Shown here in pieces: positions 11,715-22,023 of a stretch of 64,000 nucleotides of DNA. The notes below the pieces were generated by a model, which ran no database searches, was not told where the DNA came from, and worked only from the letters and a program-made list of their open reading frames with translations. Each line of letters starts with the position of its first letter. The stretch's first letter is position 1. Origin of the DNA: Nitrospirales bacterium (lineage in GTDB: Bacteria > Nitrospirota > Nitrospiria > Nitrospirales > UBA8639); the NCBI GenBank assembly GCA_963555755.3, contig OY820905.2, forward strand, positions 1,792,001 through 1,856,000, written 5' to 3'. A program made the position numbers and the translations under genes.

Positions 11715-13570
11715 CTGACGGATCTTCCCCCCATGTTTGCCACCTAAGCTGTTGGAATTCTTCAGGGAAAGATTGGATTGCTCTCTGGAATGTAGGCATG
11801 TAATTGTTGTTTTATCTTGACTATAATGCTTTATTTATGCTATACATAAAGCATGTATATCGCCACCGTTCCTAACCGCACCTCCCCGCCCGCCATTTTA
11901 TTGCGCGAAAGCTACCGAGCGGGCGGCAAGGTGAAGACCCGGACCCTGGCCAATCTGACCTCGTGGCCTCCGGCTCGCGTAGACGCGCTCAAGCGCTGCC
12001 TCCGTGGGGATTTCGATGGAACGGAAGACGAGGCGGGCCCCGTGAGTGATCGGATCTTTGGCGTCCTCTTCGCCCTGAAAGCGGTGGCCCAACGGGTGGG
12101 AGTGGTGTCGGCCTTGGGTCCGAAACGAGTAGCCAAGCTCGCCCTGTTCCTGGTGCTGGCACGAGTGGCTCATCAGGGTTCGCGGCTGTCAGCCGTGCGG
12201 TGGGCCACCGATCATGCGGTCGCTGAGGTGTTGGGATTGCCCGCCTTTGACGAGGATGACCTGTACGAGGCCTTAGACTGGTTGGGCACCCAACAAGAAG
12301 CCATCGAGAAGAAACTGTATCGGGCCTATGTCCAGCGGACCGGCCAGCCCCCGGTCTTGGTGCTCTATGACGTGACCTCCTCCTATTTTGAGGGGGACAA
12401 GAATGAACTGGCCGCCTATGGGTATAATCGGGACGGCAAGAAGCACAAGAAGCAGATTGTGATTGGGTTGCTGACAGGGCCGGATGGTGAGCCGCTGGCC
12501 GTCACGGTGTTCAAGGGGAATACGGCGGATCCCCGCACGGTCGCCGAGCAGATTGAACGGATCAAGACCCAGTTCAAGATCACCGACGTCGTGTTTGTGG
12601 GGGATCGGGGGATGGTGAAAGCCGCAGGCAAGGCGGCCCTCACCGAGCAGGGACTCAAGTACCTCACCGCCCTCACTGACCCGCAGATTCGCACCTTGCT
12701 GAAGAAAGATGTGCTCCAACTCAATTTGTTTGATGAGACGATACAGGAAGTGGAGGATGGGTCTCGTCGGCTGATCCTGCGGCGGAATGAGGCGTTGCGC
12801 CACACGGTGGCCACGCGACGTCAGGACAAAGTGGCCACACTGCAGCAGAAGGTCGCGGCGCGCAATGCGTTTGTCCAGAAGGCCAAGCGGGCCACCCCGG
12901 CGGCGGGACAGCGGCAGCTGACCCAGTGGGCCAAGAAGCACAAGCTCTCCGCCTTCACCACCCTCGCCCTGCAGGGGACCCAGCTTGTGGTCGAGATTGA
13001 TGAGGCCAAGCAGGCCGAGGCGGCCCTGTTGGATGGCTGTTCGGTGCTGGAAACCGATGTGGCTCGGGACACGATGGATGCCGCGACGGTGGATGCCCGG
13101 TACCGGGACCTGCAACGGGTGGAACGCGACTTCCGGACGATGAAGACGGGCTTGCTCGAACTGCGCCCCATCTTTGTGCGGAAGGAGAGCCGCACGCGTG
13201 GCCATGTCTTTGCCGCGATGCTCGCCCTGAAAGTGGCCCGGGAAGGCGAGCGAGGCCTGAAGGAGGCGTTTGGGACGACGGAGCAGAGCGCCCAGGCGCT
13301 GACCCTTCAAGACGCCCTGGGGGCCCTGTCACGATTGTGTTTCCAACGCCATGCAATCGGCGGGCAGGAGGTGCTTCAGCTGGCTCGCCCCGATGCTAGG
13401 CAGGCAACCATCTTTGCCGCATTGGGGATCACCCCGCCTGCCACCACCACACGGCCAGCCAAGGTGCATGTGTAGGCAGAGACGTGGCCTCGCCCAAACC
13501 GTGACTTCTTCAATGACATCAAAAGGTTAGAGCCAAAAATCCGCCCAAAACTCGGGGGAAGATCCGTCTG
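11715..13570 (+). mobile_element. IS1634 family element
   Basis: IRs C(T/A)GACGGATCTTCCCCC; flanked by AGGT on both sides. Confidence 0.85.
11853..13475 (+). CDS. IS1634 family transposase
   Basis: LLRESYR..GKVKTRTLANL, YDVTSSYFEG, GYNRDGK, FVGDRGM, VERDFRTMK. Confidence 0.93.
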   Translation: MYIATVPNRTSPPAILLRESYRAGGKVKTRTLANLTSWPPARVDALKRCLRGDFDGTEDEAGPVSDRIFGVLFALKAVAQRVGVVSALGPKRVAKLALFLVLARVAHQGSRLSAVRWATDHAVAEVLGLPAFDEDDLYEALDWLGTQQEAIEKKLYRAYVQRTGQPPVLVLYDVTSSYFEGDKNELAAYGYNRDGKKHKKQIVIGLLTGPDGEPLAVTVFKGNTADPRTVAEQIERIKTQFKITDVVFVGDRGMVKAAGKAALTEQGLKYLTALTDPQIRTLLKKDVLQLNLFDETIQEVEDGSRRLILRRNEALRHTVATRRQDKVATLQQKVAARNAFVQKAKRATPAAGQRQLTQWAKKHKLSAFTTLALQGTQLVVEIDEAKQAEAALLDGCSVLETDVARDTMDAATVDARYRDLQRVERDFRTMKTGLLELRPIFVRKESRTRGHVFAAMLALKVAREGERGLKEAFGTTEQSAQALTLQDALGALSRLCFQRHAIGGQEVLQLARPDARQATIFAALGITPPATTTRPAKVHV

Positions 13571-13815
13571 AGGTGTCTCCCACGCACCAAGGGTCCATGA
13601 CGCCAGGAAGAGGCAGCATGAGATGCTGCAGCGACTATTCCCTAAACCGAATGTGTCTCTAACTAAATTCCAACTCTGTTCCACATTCGTTTGAAGACAT
13701 ACAGATCCTAAACGCTAGAGGCAAACTTACTCTCAGTGAAGAGTAGGAGCTAAGTTCTTCGATGAGAGCGACCTGAGAGGACCGGCTTCAAAATTCAGTT
13801 GATAAAATTTACTGT

Positions 13816-15318
13816 TTGCATCAATTATTCCTAACCAAGGCAATTCCCATATTTCCAACCTCCTCATACACAGCTTACATATACCGGTGGTGCTTCATGT
13901 ATCTCGTGGTAGCGACGGTGGCCGTTGCCTGTGTTGGATGTGCTCCGCATAAAGACACCGACCTCGATTTGGACATCCTATTGGCCAACTATCACGAGCA
14001 GAACAAACAAATAAAAGCCCGGCGCCAAATCAACCTGGAAAGGGGCATAGAGCGGCTCGAGGTAGTCTTGGAGGGATCGTCGCCCGAACAGGTACTGGTG
14101 TCGGTCGATCTGAAAGAGGCCCGGCTCGAGGTATTGGTGCAGCTCATTCTCAAACGGTCACGTACAGAATTTATCCGCGAAATACCCCGCCTTGTTGGCA
14201 CTGTAACGGCGCTTTTCGAACGTAGGCCTTTGGTCGAGGCGCTATCGATCCTGCTTCGCCCGAGCGGTATGACCGCGAGTCTGAAGGATTCAATGGTGGT
14301 GATTAATGAAGCGCCGGTGCAGACCGGACCAGCGACCCTCAGCTCCGCAGACGACTCAGGTAATGTGTCACACGAGTTTTCTCTCTCGCACTTACGTACT
14401 GAACACGCGGTCAAGTTATTGAACTCCCTCTATCCATATAACGACCAAGAGGGCACCAGGGAGATCATGGTTGCACCGCTACCCAAGACTAACTCGATCG
14501 TCATTTCCGGTCGCCCTGCAATCATCGACAAAGTGGTCCATATGCTTAACCACATCGATATCGATTCTGGCCACGTCTTGTTGGAGGCTCTCATTGTCGA
14601 ATTCAACGTACAGTCCTTTCTCGATCTCGGTTCTCGCCTCGAAGGCGGCTCCACTGGGGAGTTTCGCAACATCTTTATTGACTTCGCCAACCTGATCGGC
14701 GATACGGTCTCATTTACCCGTGTTGCAGACACCGCCCACACGGCGACGTTCACAGCTGTGTTGAACATGCTGGTCCAGGACGAAGACGCGCGCATCATCT
14801 CGCGGCCATATTTGGCGACGACCAGCGGAACATCGGCACATCTCGAAATTACTGAGGACCGGTTCGTGGTCGTCCAGGCCCCTGGCGGTATCGATGTGAC
14901 GCTCGAGAAGATCTCGAGTGGCATCATCCTCGAGGTTCTTCCTGTGATCACCAAGGATGGCAGAATTGCGCTCGACCTCGAGATCGACCAGTCGCAGTTT
15001 ATCCCCACACTTGAAAACGTTGAACAACGGCGATCACGAAACTCCGTTACCACTTCCACCACGGTAGAGGATGGTCAGACAGTGATTATCGGTGGACTTA
15101 TGCTGAAGTTGGGCTCAGACAGCGTAGCTGGCCTTCCTGGATTGCGCGATTTGCCTGTTCTCAAATATTTTTTCGGGCACCAGGACATGTTTCGCCAACA
15201 ATCGCAAGTGATAATTTTCGTGACGCCGCATCTGTGGTCGCCGGGAATGGTAACGCCGACCATGGACCAGAAGAACTGGTCGTTATATAACATGCCGTCT
15301 GAGGAGGAACCGAAATAG
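13816..15318 (+). CDS. Secretin (type II/III secretion protein D family), probable lipoprotein; start uncertain
   Basis: VLLEALIVE, IISRPYL, GQTVIIGGL, PGLRDLPVLKYFF, IIFVTP; lipobox-like CVGC. Confidence 0.85.
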   Translation: MHQLFLTKAIPIFPTSSYTAYIYRWCFMYLVVATVAVACVGCAPHKDTDLDLDILLANYHEQNKQIKARRQINLERGIERLEVVLEGSSPEQVLVSVDLKEARLEVLVQLILKRSRTEFIREIPRLVGTVTALFERRPLVEALSILLRPSGMTASLKDSMVVINEAPVQTGPATLSSADDSGNVSHEFSLSHLRTEHAVKLLNSLYPYNDQEGTREIMVAPLPKTNSIVISGRPAIIDKVVHMLNHIDIDSGHVLLEALIVEFNVQSFLDLGSRLEGGSTGEFRNIFIDFANLIGDTVSFTRVADTAHTATFTAVLNMLVQDEDARIISRPYLATTSGTSAHLEITEDRFVVVQAPGGIDVTLEKISSGIILEVLPVITKDGRIALDLEIDQSQFIPTLENVEQRRSRNSVTTSTTVEDGQTVIIGGLMLKLGSDSVAGLPGLRDLPVLKYFFGHQDMFRQQSQVIIFVTPHLWSPGMVTPTMDQKNWSLYNMPSEEEPK

Positions 15319-15823
15319 GATGATCATGAATTGCCAGGAATCGAAATTGTGATTGAGTCAACCGCACTCTTTATCACCACTCCATTTTTAAGGCATAATT
15401 GTTCCTCTCAAAAAATGGGCTCTTCTCCCAAGCGAGTGGGGAAATTTGGGCGAGTCATTTCCTGAAAGGCTCGCTGGAGAAGAGCCATAAAAAGAGGGGA
15501 AGAACAATTTGGAGAGAAAGAGCTATGCCGTCATGCTTACACACCCAACACTCGAAACTCTCAACCAAAGATTTGACCCCTATCTGACCCCTATCCGACC
15601 CCTATCCCCTATCCCTATCCGAGACACCCCAATCTTTATTAATTGACCACGAACGGTGATGAACGGGAATCAACAAAGGTCCCGTTGCATCGGTCAATAC
15701 AGAAGAAAAATGTTGGGGGGGGGGGGGGGGGACTCGTTGAGGGCAGAGCCGTGGGCAAGGGAATGGAATGAATTGAAACAGAAATTGGTCGGGTCGAATA
15801 ACTGAAAAGGGGATAAGAGAAAG

Positions 15824-16027
15824 TTACTGGCCTCCTTTTTGCACGTAATTCTTCACGAATTCCGAAGCGTTTTCTTCCAAGACTTCGTCAATCTCATCGA
15901 TCAGTTGGTCAATATCGTCGGTCAGTTTTTTCCCAGTCTCGACAACCTTCGGATTGGCTTTAACTTCTTGATCGTCTTGAACGGAAGGATCTTTGGTTGA
16001 ATCAGATTTACGCTCCTGCTTTTCCAT
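15824..16027 (-). CDS. pup: Prokaryotic ubiquitin-like protein Pup
   Basis: DQLIDEIDEVLEENASEFVKNYVQKGGQ C-terminus; GGAGG RBS before MEKQ. Confidence 0.92.
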   Translation of the reverse strand: MEKQERKSDSTKDPSVQDDQEVKANPKVVETGKKLTDDIDQLIDEIDEVLEENASEFVKNYVQKGGQ

Positions 16028-16272
16028 CGGCCACCTCCCTGACTTAAAAAGACACTCGGTCAAGTCAATTCAGGATAACGGAGCCCGTCTGAGGGGTCAA
16101 GGTAAACCCCTTCGTCAAATCACGCAGCCTGTTCTTAACCGCTTAAAAAATTGTCAGACGGTAGGCGGGAAACGGGAGGGGAAGCCCCACCTTCCTCTTG
16201 CTGCCGTCTCCCGTCTTTCGCCTAACGATGGAATTAAGCATTTTTATCATCCCACAGAACATGGAGAATTGC

Positions 16273-16620
16273 TTAGAAAGCAGTTAGCGGTTCGCACCAA
16301 TACACAGGCAGCCGGGGCTTGATCCTTGTCAGAGCAGGGCCCTCCCGTTCAAGGATCAGCATCACCAAACGATTCCGTCCGAGTAACCGCTCCAACGCCC
16401 AAGCACGAAAGTGTGTCGGGAACCCATACCGCGCGCCTCTTCGATGACGACGTAGAGGCTTCAGCCCAAGCAACCCGGCCACCTCCTGATCACGGGCCTG
16501 GTACCATTCAAAAAACTTCCCCACCTGAAATAACAACACATCCCCGGAAAACCGCCAGCGATAATACCCGTATTGACAACCGATCGTGCGCAGGTTGGCG
16601 GGAAAACAAAACGTTCGCTC
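16273..16620 (-). pseudogene. Start-less fragment resembling a MutS domain I-like region
   Basis: Open frame ...QYGYYRWRFSGDVLLFQVGKFFEWY...GARYGFP; cut upstream by repeats. Confidence 0.5.
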
Positions 16621-16625
16621 CTGTT

Positions 16626-16783
16626 GTCATTTCGACCCTCCCCTTGGTCATTTCGATCACCCCCAATTGTCATTTCGACCCTCCCTTTGTCATTTCGACC
16701 CTTGGGAGAAATCTCTTTCCCGCCACACGAGCCACAACCGTCCAGGGCCAGCCAAGAGATTTCTCCTTTCACTCGAAATGACA
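16626..16783. repeat. REP-like GTCATTTCGA tandem units plus closing inverted arm
   Basis: Four GTCATTTCGA(C/T)C units, GAGAAATCT...AGATTTCTC..CGAAATGAC; sister copy at 24432-24540. Confidence 0.8.
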
Positions 16784-16892
16784 CCGGGGGGGTGTCCATA
16801 TATGATAGAGGGGGACTGATTGCTCATCCCCTCCCGCTAACCAATTCGATCAATCTTGGTGACCTTTTATAAGGTAGGGTCCCCTTTTTGGC

Positions 16893-17157
16893 TTCCCGCG
16901 TTGGGTGCGGCGGAGCCGGAGCCCCGAATCGACTTTTCGGCGAGGGCTGTTTGAGCGGAGCGAGTTCCCGAGCCATCTTGACCTGTCCTGAGCAAAGTCG
17001 AAGGGTTTGGGGCGAAGACGGAGGGACCCGTAGAGCCTGCCCCCGCAGAAGCGGGGGGCCGCGCACGGGCGGAAATGGTTTTGGGCACTTTTACCGAAAC
17101 AACAGGCCTGTCCTGAGCTTGCCGAAGGGGCCTCGCCGCGTGGGGGCAAAACCCCAC
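16893..17157 (-). repeat. Structured repeat family K, copy with three micro-insertions
   Basis: Shares TGTTTCGG.AAAAG..CCCAAAACCATT and AACTCGCTCCGCTCAAACAG with 24585-24780 and 58400-58566. Confidence 0.8.
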
Positions 17158-17271
17158 TTTAATATTTTTCAACCATACCCGAAAAACCTATTGGTCAATG
17201 ACGCGCGGAAGAGGCATCCTTCGACATGGCTCAGGAGGGATGCTGCACCTACAAAAAGACGCTATTTTCTA

Positions 17272-19413
17272 TTAACGGACCAGCAGGCCACCGTACTGCA
17301 CAAAAAACGGGACGAAGACTAGTGACAGAATAGCGGAAAGTTTGATCAGGATATTCAGCGACGGGCCTGAGGTATCTTTGAGTGGATCCCCGACGGTATC
17401 GCCAACAACTGCGGCTTTATGAATGTCAGTACCCTTGCCGCCGAGGTTACCGGCTTCAATATATTTCTTGGCATTATCCCAGGCTCCACCACTATTAGAT
17501 GAGGAGATGGCCATGACGCCACCGGCGACTAAAGAACCTGCAAGGACACCCGCGAGCGCTTGAATGTCAAACAGGAAACCGACAAGCAGTGGGGTCCCCA
17601 TGATCAGAATGCCTGGGGGAATCATTTCCTTTAGCGCAGCTTGAGTTGAAATGGCCACACATCGGTCAGAATCCGCCTCGGCTTTCCCTTCCATGAGGCC
17701 AGGAATGGTGCGAAACTGACGTCTGACTTCTTCAATCATTTTATAGGCCGCCGTCCCCACAGACTTCATGGTCATCGCTGAAAAATATGACGGTAACATC
17801 GCACCGATAAACAGCCCGGTAAAGACCAAGGGATCGAGCAAGTTAATGCTTCCCAACAGATCATACTCAGGACCACGTTGTTCCTTGAGCAACAAATCAG
17901 CCCGTGTCAAAAAGGCAGCGAACAGGGCCAACGAGGTGAGGATTGCTGCGCCGATGGCGAACCCTTTACCAATGGCAGCTGTGGTGTTTCCTGCTGCATC
18001 CAGCACGTCCGTTCGTTTTCGCACGTGCTCAGGCATGCCGGCCATTTCAGCAATGCCACCGGCGTTATCAGAAATCGGGCCGTAGACATCGATGGTCAGC
18101 GCAATGACCAGTGTACCAAGCATACCAAGAGAGGCGATGGCCACACCGTACATACCAGCCAACATCCACGGGATATAGATGGCCAAGCCAATCGCGAGAT
18201 AGGGACCCACGGCACTCTGATAGCCGAGAGCTAAGCCAAAAATGATATTCGTGGCCGAACCGGTTTCACACGATTTCGCCAATTCTCGCACGGGAGCGTA
18301 GTTATGTGAGGTGTAATATTCGGTTATCAGACCCACGACGAGCCCAGCAATTAAGCCGGCGAGGAAGCAAAAATACACCGCCAGATCCGTATACGTCTCA
18401 CCGCCGATTTGAAAGGAATCGGGGACCATGGCCTTGGTGACGAAAAACATCACCACCGCTGTCAACACACTAGAGATGATCAGCATCTTTTTGAGCGCTG
18501 GACCCACTTGGTCTTCCGTGTTGACCTTGATCATCATCAAGGTCAGAAAGCTCACTGGGATCCCAACAGCAGAGATAAGAATCGGATACAACAACGCATC
18601 GACCATGCCGGAAAAGGCCACAGCGCTAATCACCATAGCGGCGCAGGTACTTTCAGCACAGGACCCAAATAAGTCGGCACCCATACCGGCCACATCACCG
18701 ACATTATCGCCCACGTTATCGGCAATCACCGCAGGGTTACGCGGATCGTCTTCAGGAATACCCGCTTCAACTTTACCGACCAGATCAGCACCGACGTCAG
18801 CGGCTTTGGTGAAAATACCACCACCCACACGGGCGAATAGCGCAATAGACGAACCACCGAGACCGAAGCCGGCAATAACTTCCATCAGAATGTGTGTCGG
18901 GAGTTGAGCCGGCATGATATTCACCAGCAGAAGATACACCCCAAGTAGTCCTAAGGAGGCCAGACTCACCAACGCAAAGCCCATGACGGAGCCCGAATGC
19001 AACGCAACCTTAAACGCTTCGGAAAGGGATTTATTGGCTGAGACCGTGGTACGCACATTGCCCTGGGTCGCGATCTTCATGCCGATGAATCCCGAAAGAA
19101 TCGAAATGATCGCGCCAACAATGAACGCAATGGCGGTATAAATCCCTTCATTCACATAATCGGTTTGATGGTCATCAATGAGGACCGCAATGATCGCCGC
19201 AAAGACCACCATAAAGATGGCCATGAATTTATATTCCTGCTTGAGGAATGCCATGGCCCCATTGGCGATAGCCGAGTGGATCTTAGCCAGACGCTGCTTG
19301 AGTTCGGGATCATCGATACCCATATCGATGGGGATTTTTCTGGTCGATGAAGAATAATAAAATGCGATGACCAGTCCGAGAAATGACAGGGCCAGAATAG
19401 CAGTTACCGCCAT
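17272..19413 (-). CDS. hppA: Membrane ion-translocating pyrophosphatase, K+-dependent type
   Basis: [36 protein letters not shown]. Confidence 0.96.
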   Translation of the reverse strand: MAVTAILALSFLGLVIAFYYSSSTRKIPIDMGIDDPELKQRLAKIHSAIANGAMAFLKQEYKFMAIFMVVFAAIIAVLIDDHQTDYVNEGIYTAIAFIVGAIISILSGFIGMKIATQGNVRTTVSANKSLSEAFKVALHSGSVMGFALVSLASLGLLGVYLLLVNIMPAQLPTHILMEVIAGFGLGGSSIALFARVGGGIFTKAADVGADLVGKVEAGIPEDDPRNPAVIADNVGDNVGDVAGMGADLFGSCAESTCAAMVISAVAFSGMVDALLYPILISAVGIPVSFLTLMMIKVNTEDQVGPALKKMLIISSVLTAVVMFFVTKAMVPDSFQIGGETYTDLAVYFCFLAGLIAGLVVGLITEYYTSHNYAPVRELAKSCETGSATNIIFGLALGYQSAVGPYLAIGLAIYIPWMLAGMYGVAIASLGMLGTLVIALTIDVYGPISDNAGGIAEMAGMPEHVRKRTDVLDAAGNTTAAIGKGFAIGAAILTSLALFAAFLTRADLLLKEQRGPEYDLLGSINLLDPLVFTGLFIGAMLPSYFSAMTMKSVGTAAYKMIEEVRRQFRTIPGLMEGKAEADSDRCVAISTQAALKEMIPPGILIMGTPLLVGFLFDIQALAGVLAGSLVAGGVMAISSSNSGGAWDNAKKYIEAGNLGGKGTDIHKAAVVGDTVGDPLKDTSGPSLNILIKLSAILSLVFVPFFVQYGGLLVR

Positions 19414-19677
19414 GTTGGATATCTCTCCATGTAGTTAAAGACAAAAGGATTGATTCGCCATCACATACAAAAGAAAATTGATCATGTGAGGGAAAGCAAT
19501 ATTGGTAGAATTGGACTCTCTTACCCAAGCATGCGTTATGTCTGCTGAGTCACGTTTCTACCTTGAGGTGTATTCCTTGGGCACAGTAAAGAAGAATATA
19601 GCTGAAAAACTGCCCATTGTATCCATCGAGACACGAATGATCAAGAAAAAATTCAACGAAGCAAATACGTTGGCTTC

Positions 19678-19844
19678 AACCTAGAAACGGTAGTTGGGCG
19701 CAAAAAAGACGTGTAAGATATTGGTGTGCATCGTGAAGGAGAAAAATTCGTAGTCACCTTTTGGGTGATGAGACATTTTTCTGTTTTGCGAATTGTGCCA
19801 AGAGCTTGCGCGGACTTTTGTGATCCAACTGCGGTTTCTAGGTT
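19678..19844. repeat. MITE-like family D
   Basis: TIR AACCTAGAAAC.G.AGTTGG; second copy at 32414-32845. Confidence 0.85.
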
Positions 19845-19965
19845 CAAACATCGCTCACACGTCATGCACGTGAAAACGATGCTCACGCTTCTTGATTGAT
19901 CAACGCTTCTTTGGATAAGAACGAAGATGTGAAGGAGTTCCCGCCAAGTCACAGGCTTTGATTAA

Positions 19966-20112
19966 GGGGTCGCGCTAGCATGTTTGGGTGCTGAGACGCC
20001 TGTCTGGCAGGGCGCGAGGACTGCGCATACTCCTCGTATGGAAAGGACGAACAACGCCGCCAGACAGGATGGATCGACGCCCAAACAGGGGAAGTTATTC
20101 TAGCGCGACCCT
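19966..20112 (-). repeat. MITE-like family A copy; overlaps the rluE stop
   Basis: Reverse copy of 20745-20901 with a deleted left arm. Confidence 0.85.
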
Positions 20113-20694
20113 TAAGAGCCGAAGCTCTTGGGAACGGAGCTGTCGATACTGACCTGAAAGCAAGTTATCGATACGTATCGGACCGATCGCCATTCGAATA
20201 ATTCGGAGAGCAGGATGACCGACGGCCGCGGTCATCCGCCGGACCTGTCGATTCATCCCTTCAGCAATTGAAATCTCCAACCAGGCAGTTGGAACCGATT
20301 TGCGAAATCGAATAGGAACGGGACGTTCCCATAACGAAGGGGCGTGATCCAACAGATGAACCCTCGCTGGCCGAGTCTTCCGTCCGCCAATAACCACTCC
20401 TGTGCGAAGTTTTGCTAAACTGTGTTTATCGGGAATGCGTTCAACTTGCACGACATAGGTTTTAAACAATTTAAACTTGGGGTCAGTTAAACGATGCGCT
20501 AATGACCCATCGGCAGTGAGCAGAAGCAATCCCTCGCTGTCGAAATCAAGTCGTCCCGCCGCATACACATCGGGAACGGAAATATAATCCGACAGTGTGG
20601 GACGCTGTGATGTATCCGTAAAACAAGACAGCACGCCATACGGTTTATTGAAGATCAGGGTGTGACCAGGATGTATTTTCACATTTCTCACCAC
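20095..20694 (-). CDS. rluE: RsuA/RluE family pseudouridine synthase
   Basis: FNKPYGVL, AGRLDFDSEGLLLLT, EGMNRQVRRMTAAVGHP. Confidence 0.85.
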   Translation of the reverse strand: MVRNVKIHPGHTLIFNKPYGVLSCFTDTSQRPTLSDYISVPDVYAAGRLDFDSEGLLLLTADGSLAHRLTDPKFKLFKTYVVQVERIPDKHSLAKLRTGVVIGGRKTRPARVHLLDHAPSLWERPVPIRFRKSVPTAWLEISIAEGMNRQVRRMTAAVGHPALRIIRMAIGPIRIDNLLSGQYRQLRSQELRLLRVALE

Positions 20695-20744
20695 TTCGTC
20701 ATTTTATCATCATTTTTTATTCCACCCATTCAACGTAGAATGAA

Positions 20745-20901
20745 GGGTTCGCGCAAGAATAACTTCCCCTGTTTGGGCGTCGATCCATCCTGTCTGGCGG
20801 CGTTGCTCGTCCTTTCCATACGAGGAGTATGCGCAGTCCTCCCGCCTTGCCAGACAGGCGTCTCAGCACCCAAACAGGGGAAGTTATTCTTGCGCGAATC
20901 C
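20745..20901 (+). repeat. MITE-like family A (~156 bp)
   Basis: ~32-bp TIR GGGTTCGCGCAAGAATAACTTCCCCTGTTTGGG; copies at 19966, 33620 and 42311 (partial). Confidence 0.9.
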
Positions 20902-21003
20902 TAATCAGTTGCCCAGTTTATAATTTTCTGTTAACGTACGGAGCAATTCTGGTTAATTACTCACGCACTACCACTAAACATCGAATCAATAGGGGAATTA
21001 TCA

Positions 21004-22023
21004 ATGGCCTGGGAACCAAAAGATCCGTGGGGGAAACAAGGTGGCTCAGACCCTCTGGATGACGTCCTTAAAAAAGCCCAAGAACAATGGAAGCGGCTGA
21101 TGCCGTCGACTGGGGTGAAGACCATCATCTTGATTGTCGTGGGCATTTTCGCACTCACCCAAGCCTTCTACAAAGTCGAACCCGATGAGGAAGGTCTCGT
21201 GAAACGGTTTGGCGATGTAGTCCGCGTCGTTGGACCTGGCCCCCATTTCAAAATTCCGATCCTTGAAAGCGTGGATACGCCTAAGGTTGAAAAATTGCAC
21301 CGGATCGAAGTCGGGTTTCGCACCAATGCTCGAGGCCGGTCACAGATGGTCCCGCAAGAAGCGCACATGTTAACGGGGGATATGAATATTCTGGTCGTTG
21401 AATTTATCGTGCAATACAAAATCAGCAATGCCAGAAACTTTCTTTTTAATGTTGCGGGCATTGAAGAGACGATCCGAAAAGCCGCGGAAGCCTCCATGCG
21501 GGAAATCGTCGGCAAAAACAAGATCGATGAAGTGTTAACTGTGGGCAAAGCCGAGATTCAAATGAAAACCCAAGCCCTCCTGCAGGGAATACTCAACCAA
21601 TATGAGGGCGGAGTACAGATTTCCACCGTCCAATTATTGGATGTAAACCCCCCACAGAAAGTGGCGAAATACTTTAAAGATGTCGCCAGTGCGAAAGAGG
21701 AGAGAGAGCAGCTCATCAACCAAGCCCATGGCTATCGAAATGACCTCATACCCAAAGCCAAAGGACAGGCGGCACAAGATGTTAATGAAGCCAAAGGGTA
21801 TGCTAAGTCCAGAATCGCTCGGGCTGAAGGTGAAGCGAATCACTTTTTGCAAACACTGAAAGAATACAAAAAAGGCAAAAACGTCATCGCCACGCGGGTG
21901 TATATCGAAACCATGGAAAAAGTGCTCTCGAACGTCGATAAAATTATTCTAGATTCTAACGCAGCGGGCAATGTCATCCCCTATCTCCCGTTAGATCGAA
22001 TGAAAAGGCAGGCTTCACCATAA
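21004..22023 (+). CDS. hflK: FtsH protease modulator HflK
   Basis: MAWEPKDPWG N-terminus, SPFH domain, MLTGDMNI, RVYIETME. Confidence 0.95.
   Translation: MAWEPKDPWGKQGGSDPLDDVLKKAQEQWKRLMPSTGVKTIILIVVGIFALTQAFYKVEPDEEGLVKRFGDVVRVVGPGPHFKIPILESVDTPKVEKLHRIEVGFRTNARGRSQMVPQEAHMLTGDMNILVVEFIVQYKISNARNFLFNVAGIEETIRKAAEASMREIVGKNKIDEVLTVGKAEIQMKTQALLQGILNQYEGGVQISTVQLLDVNPPQKVAKYFKDVASAKEEREQLINQAHGYRNDLIPKAKGQAAQDVNEAKGYAKSRIARAEGEANHFLQTLKEYKKGKNVIATRVYIETMEKVLSNVDKIILDSNAAGNVIPYLPLDRMKRQASP

Noticed and set aside
12273..13310. 345-aa antisense ORF
   Set aside because: Shadow of the GC-rich IS1634 transposase
11455..13684. Minus-strand gene split by IS1634
   Set aside because: The two flanking ORFs join out of frame across the AGGT site
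15824..16027. UBact rather than Pup
   Set aside because: Ends YVQKGGQ (Pup type), not R(S/T)G(E/Q)
16160..16226. Integron attC site
   Set aside because: A hairpin is present but the GTTRRRY/RYYYAAC boxes are in the wrong order and there is no integron integrase
16626..16700. CRISPR array
   Set aside because: Repeat units are only ~12 bp with 8-10-bp low-complexity spacers and no cas genes are present
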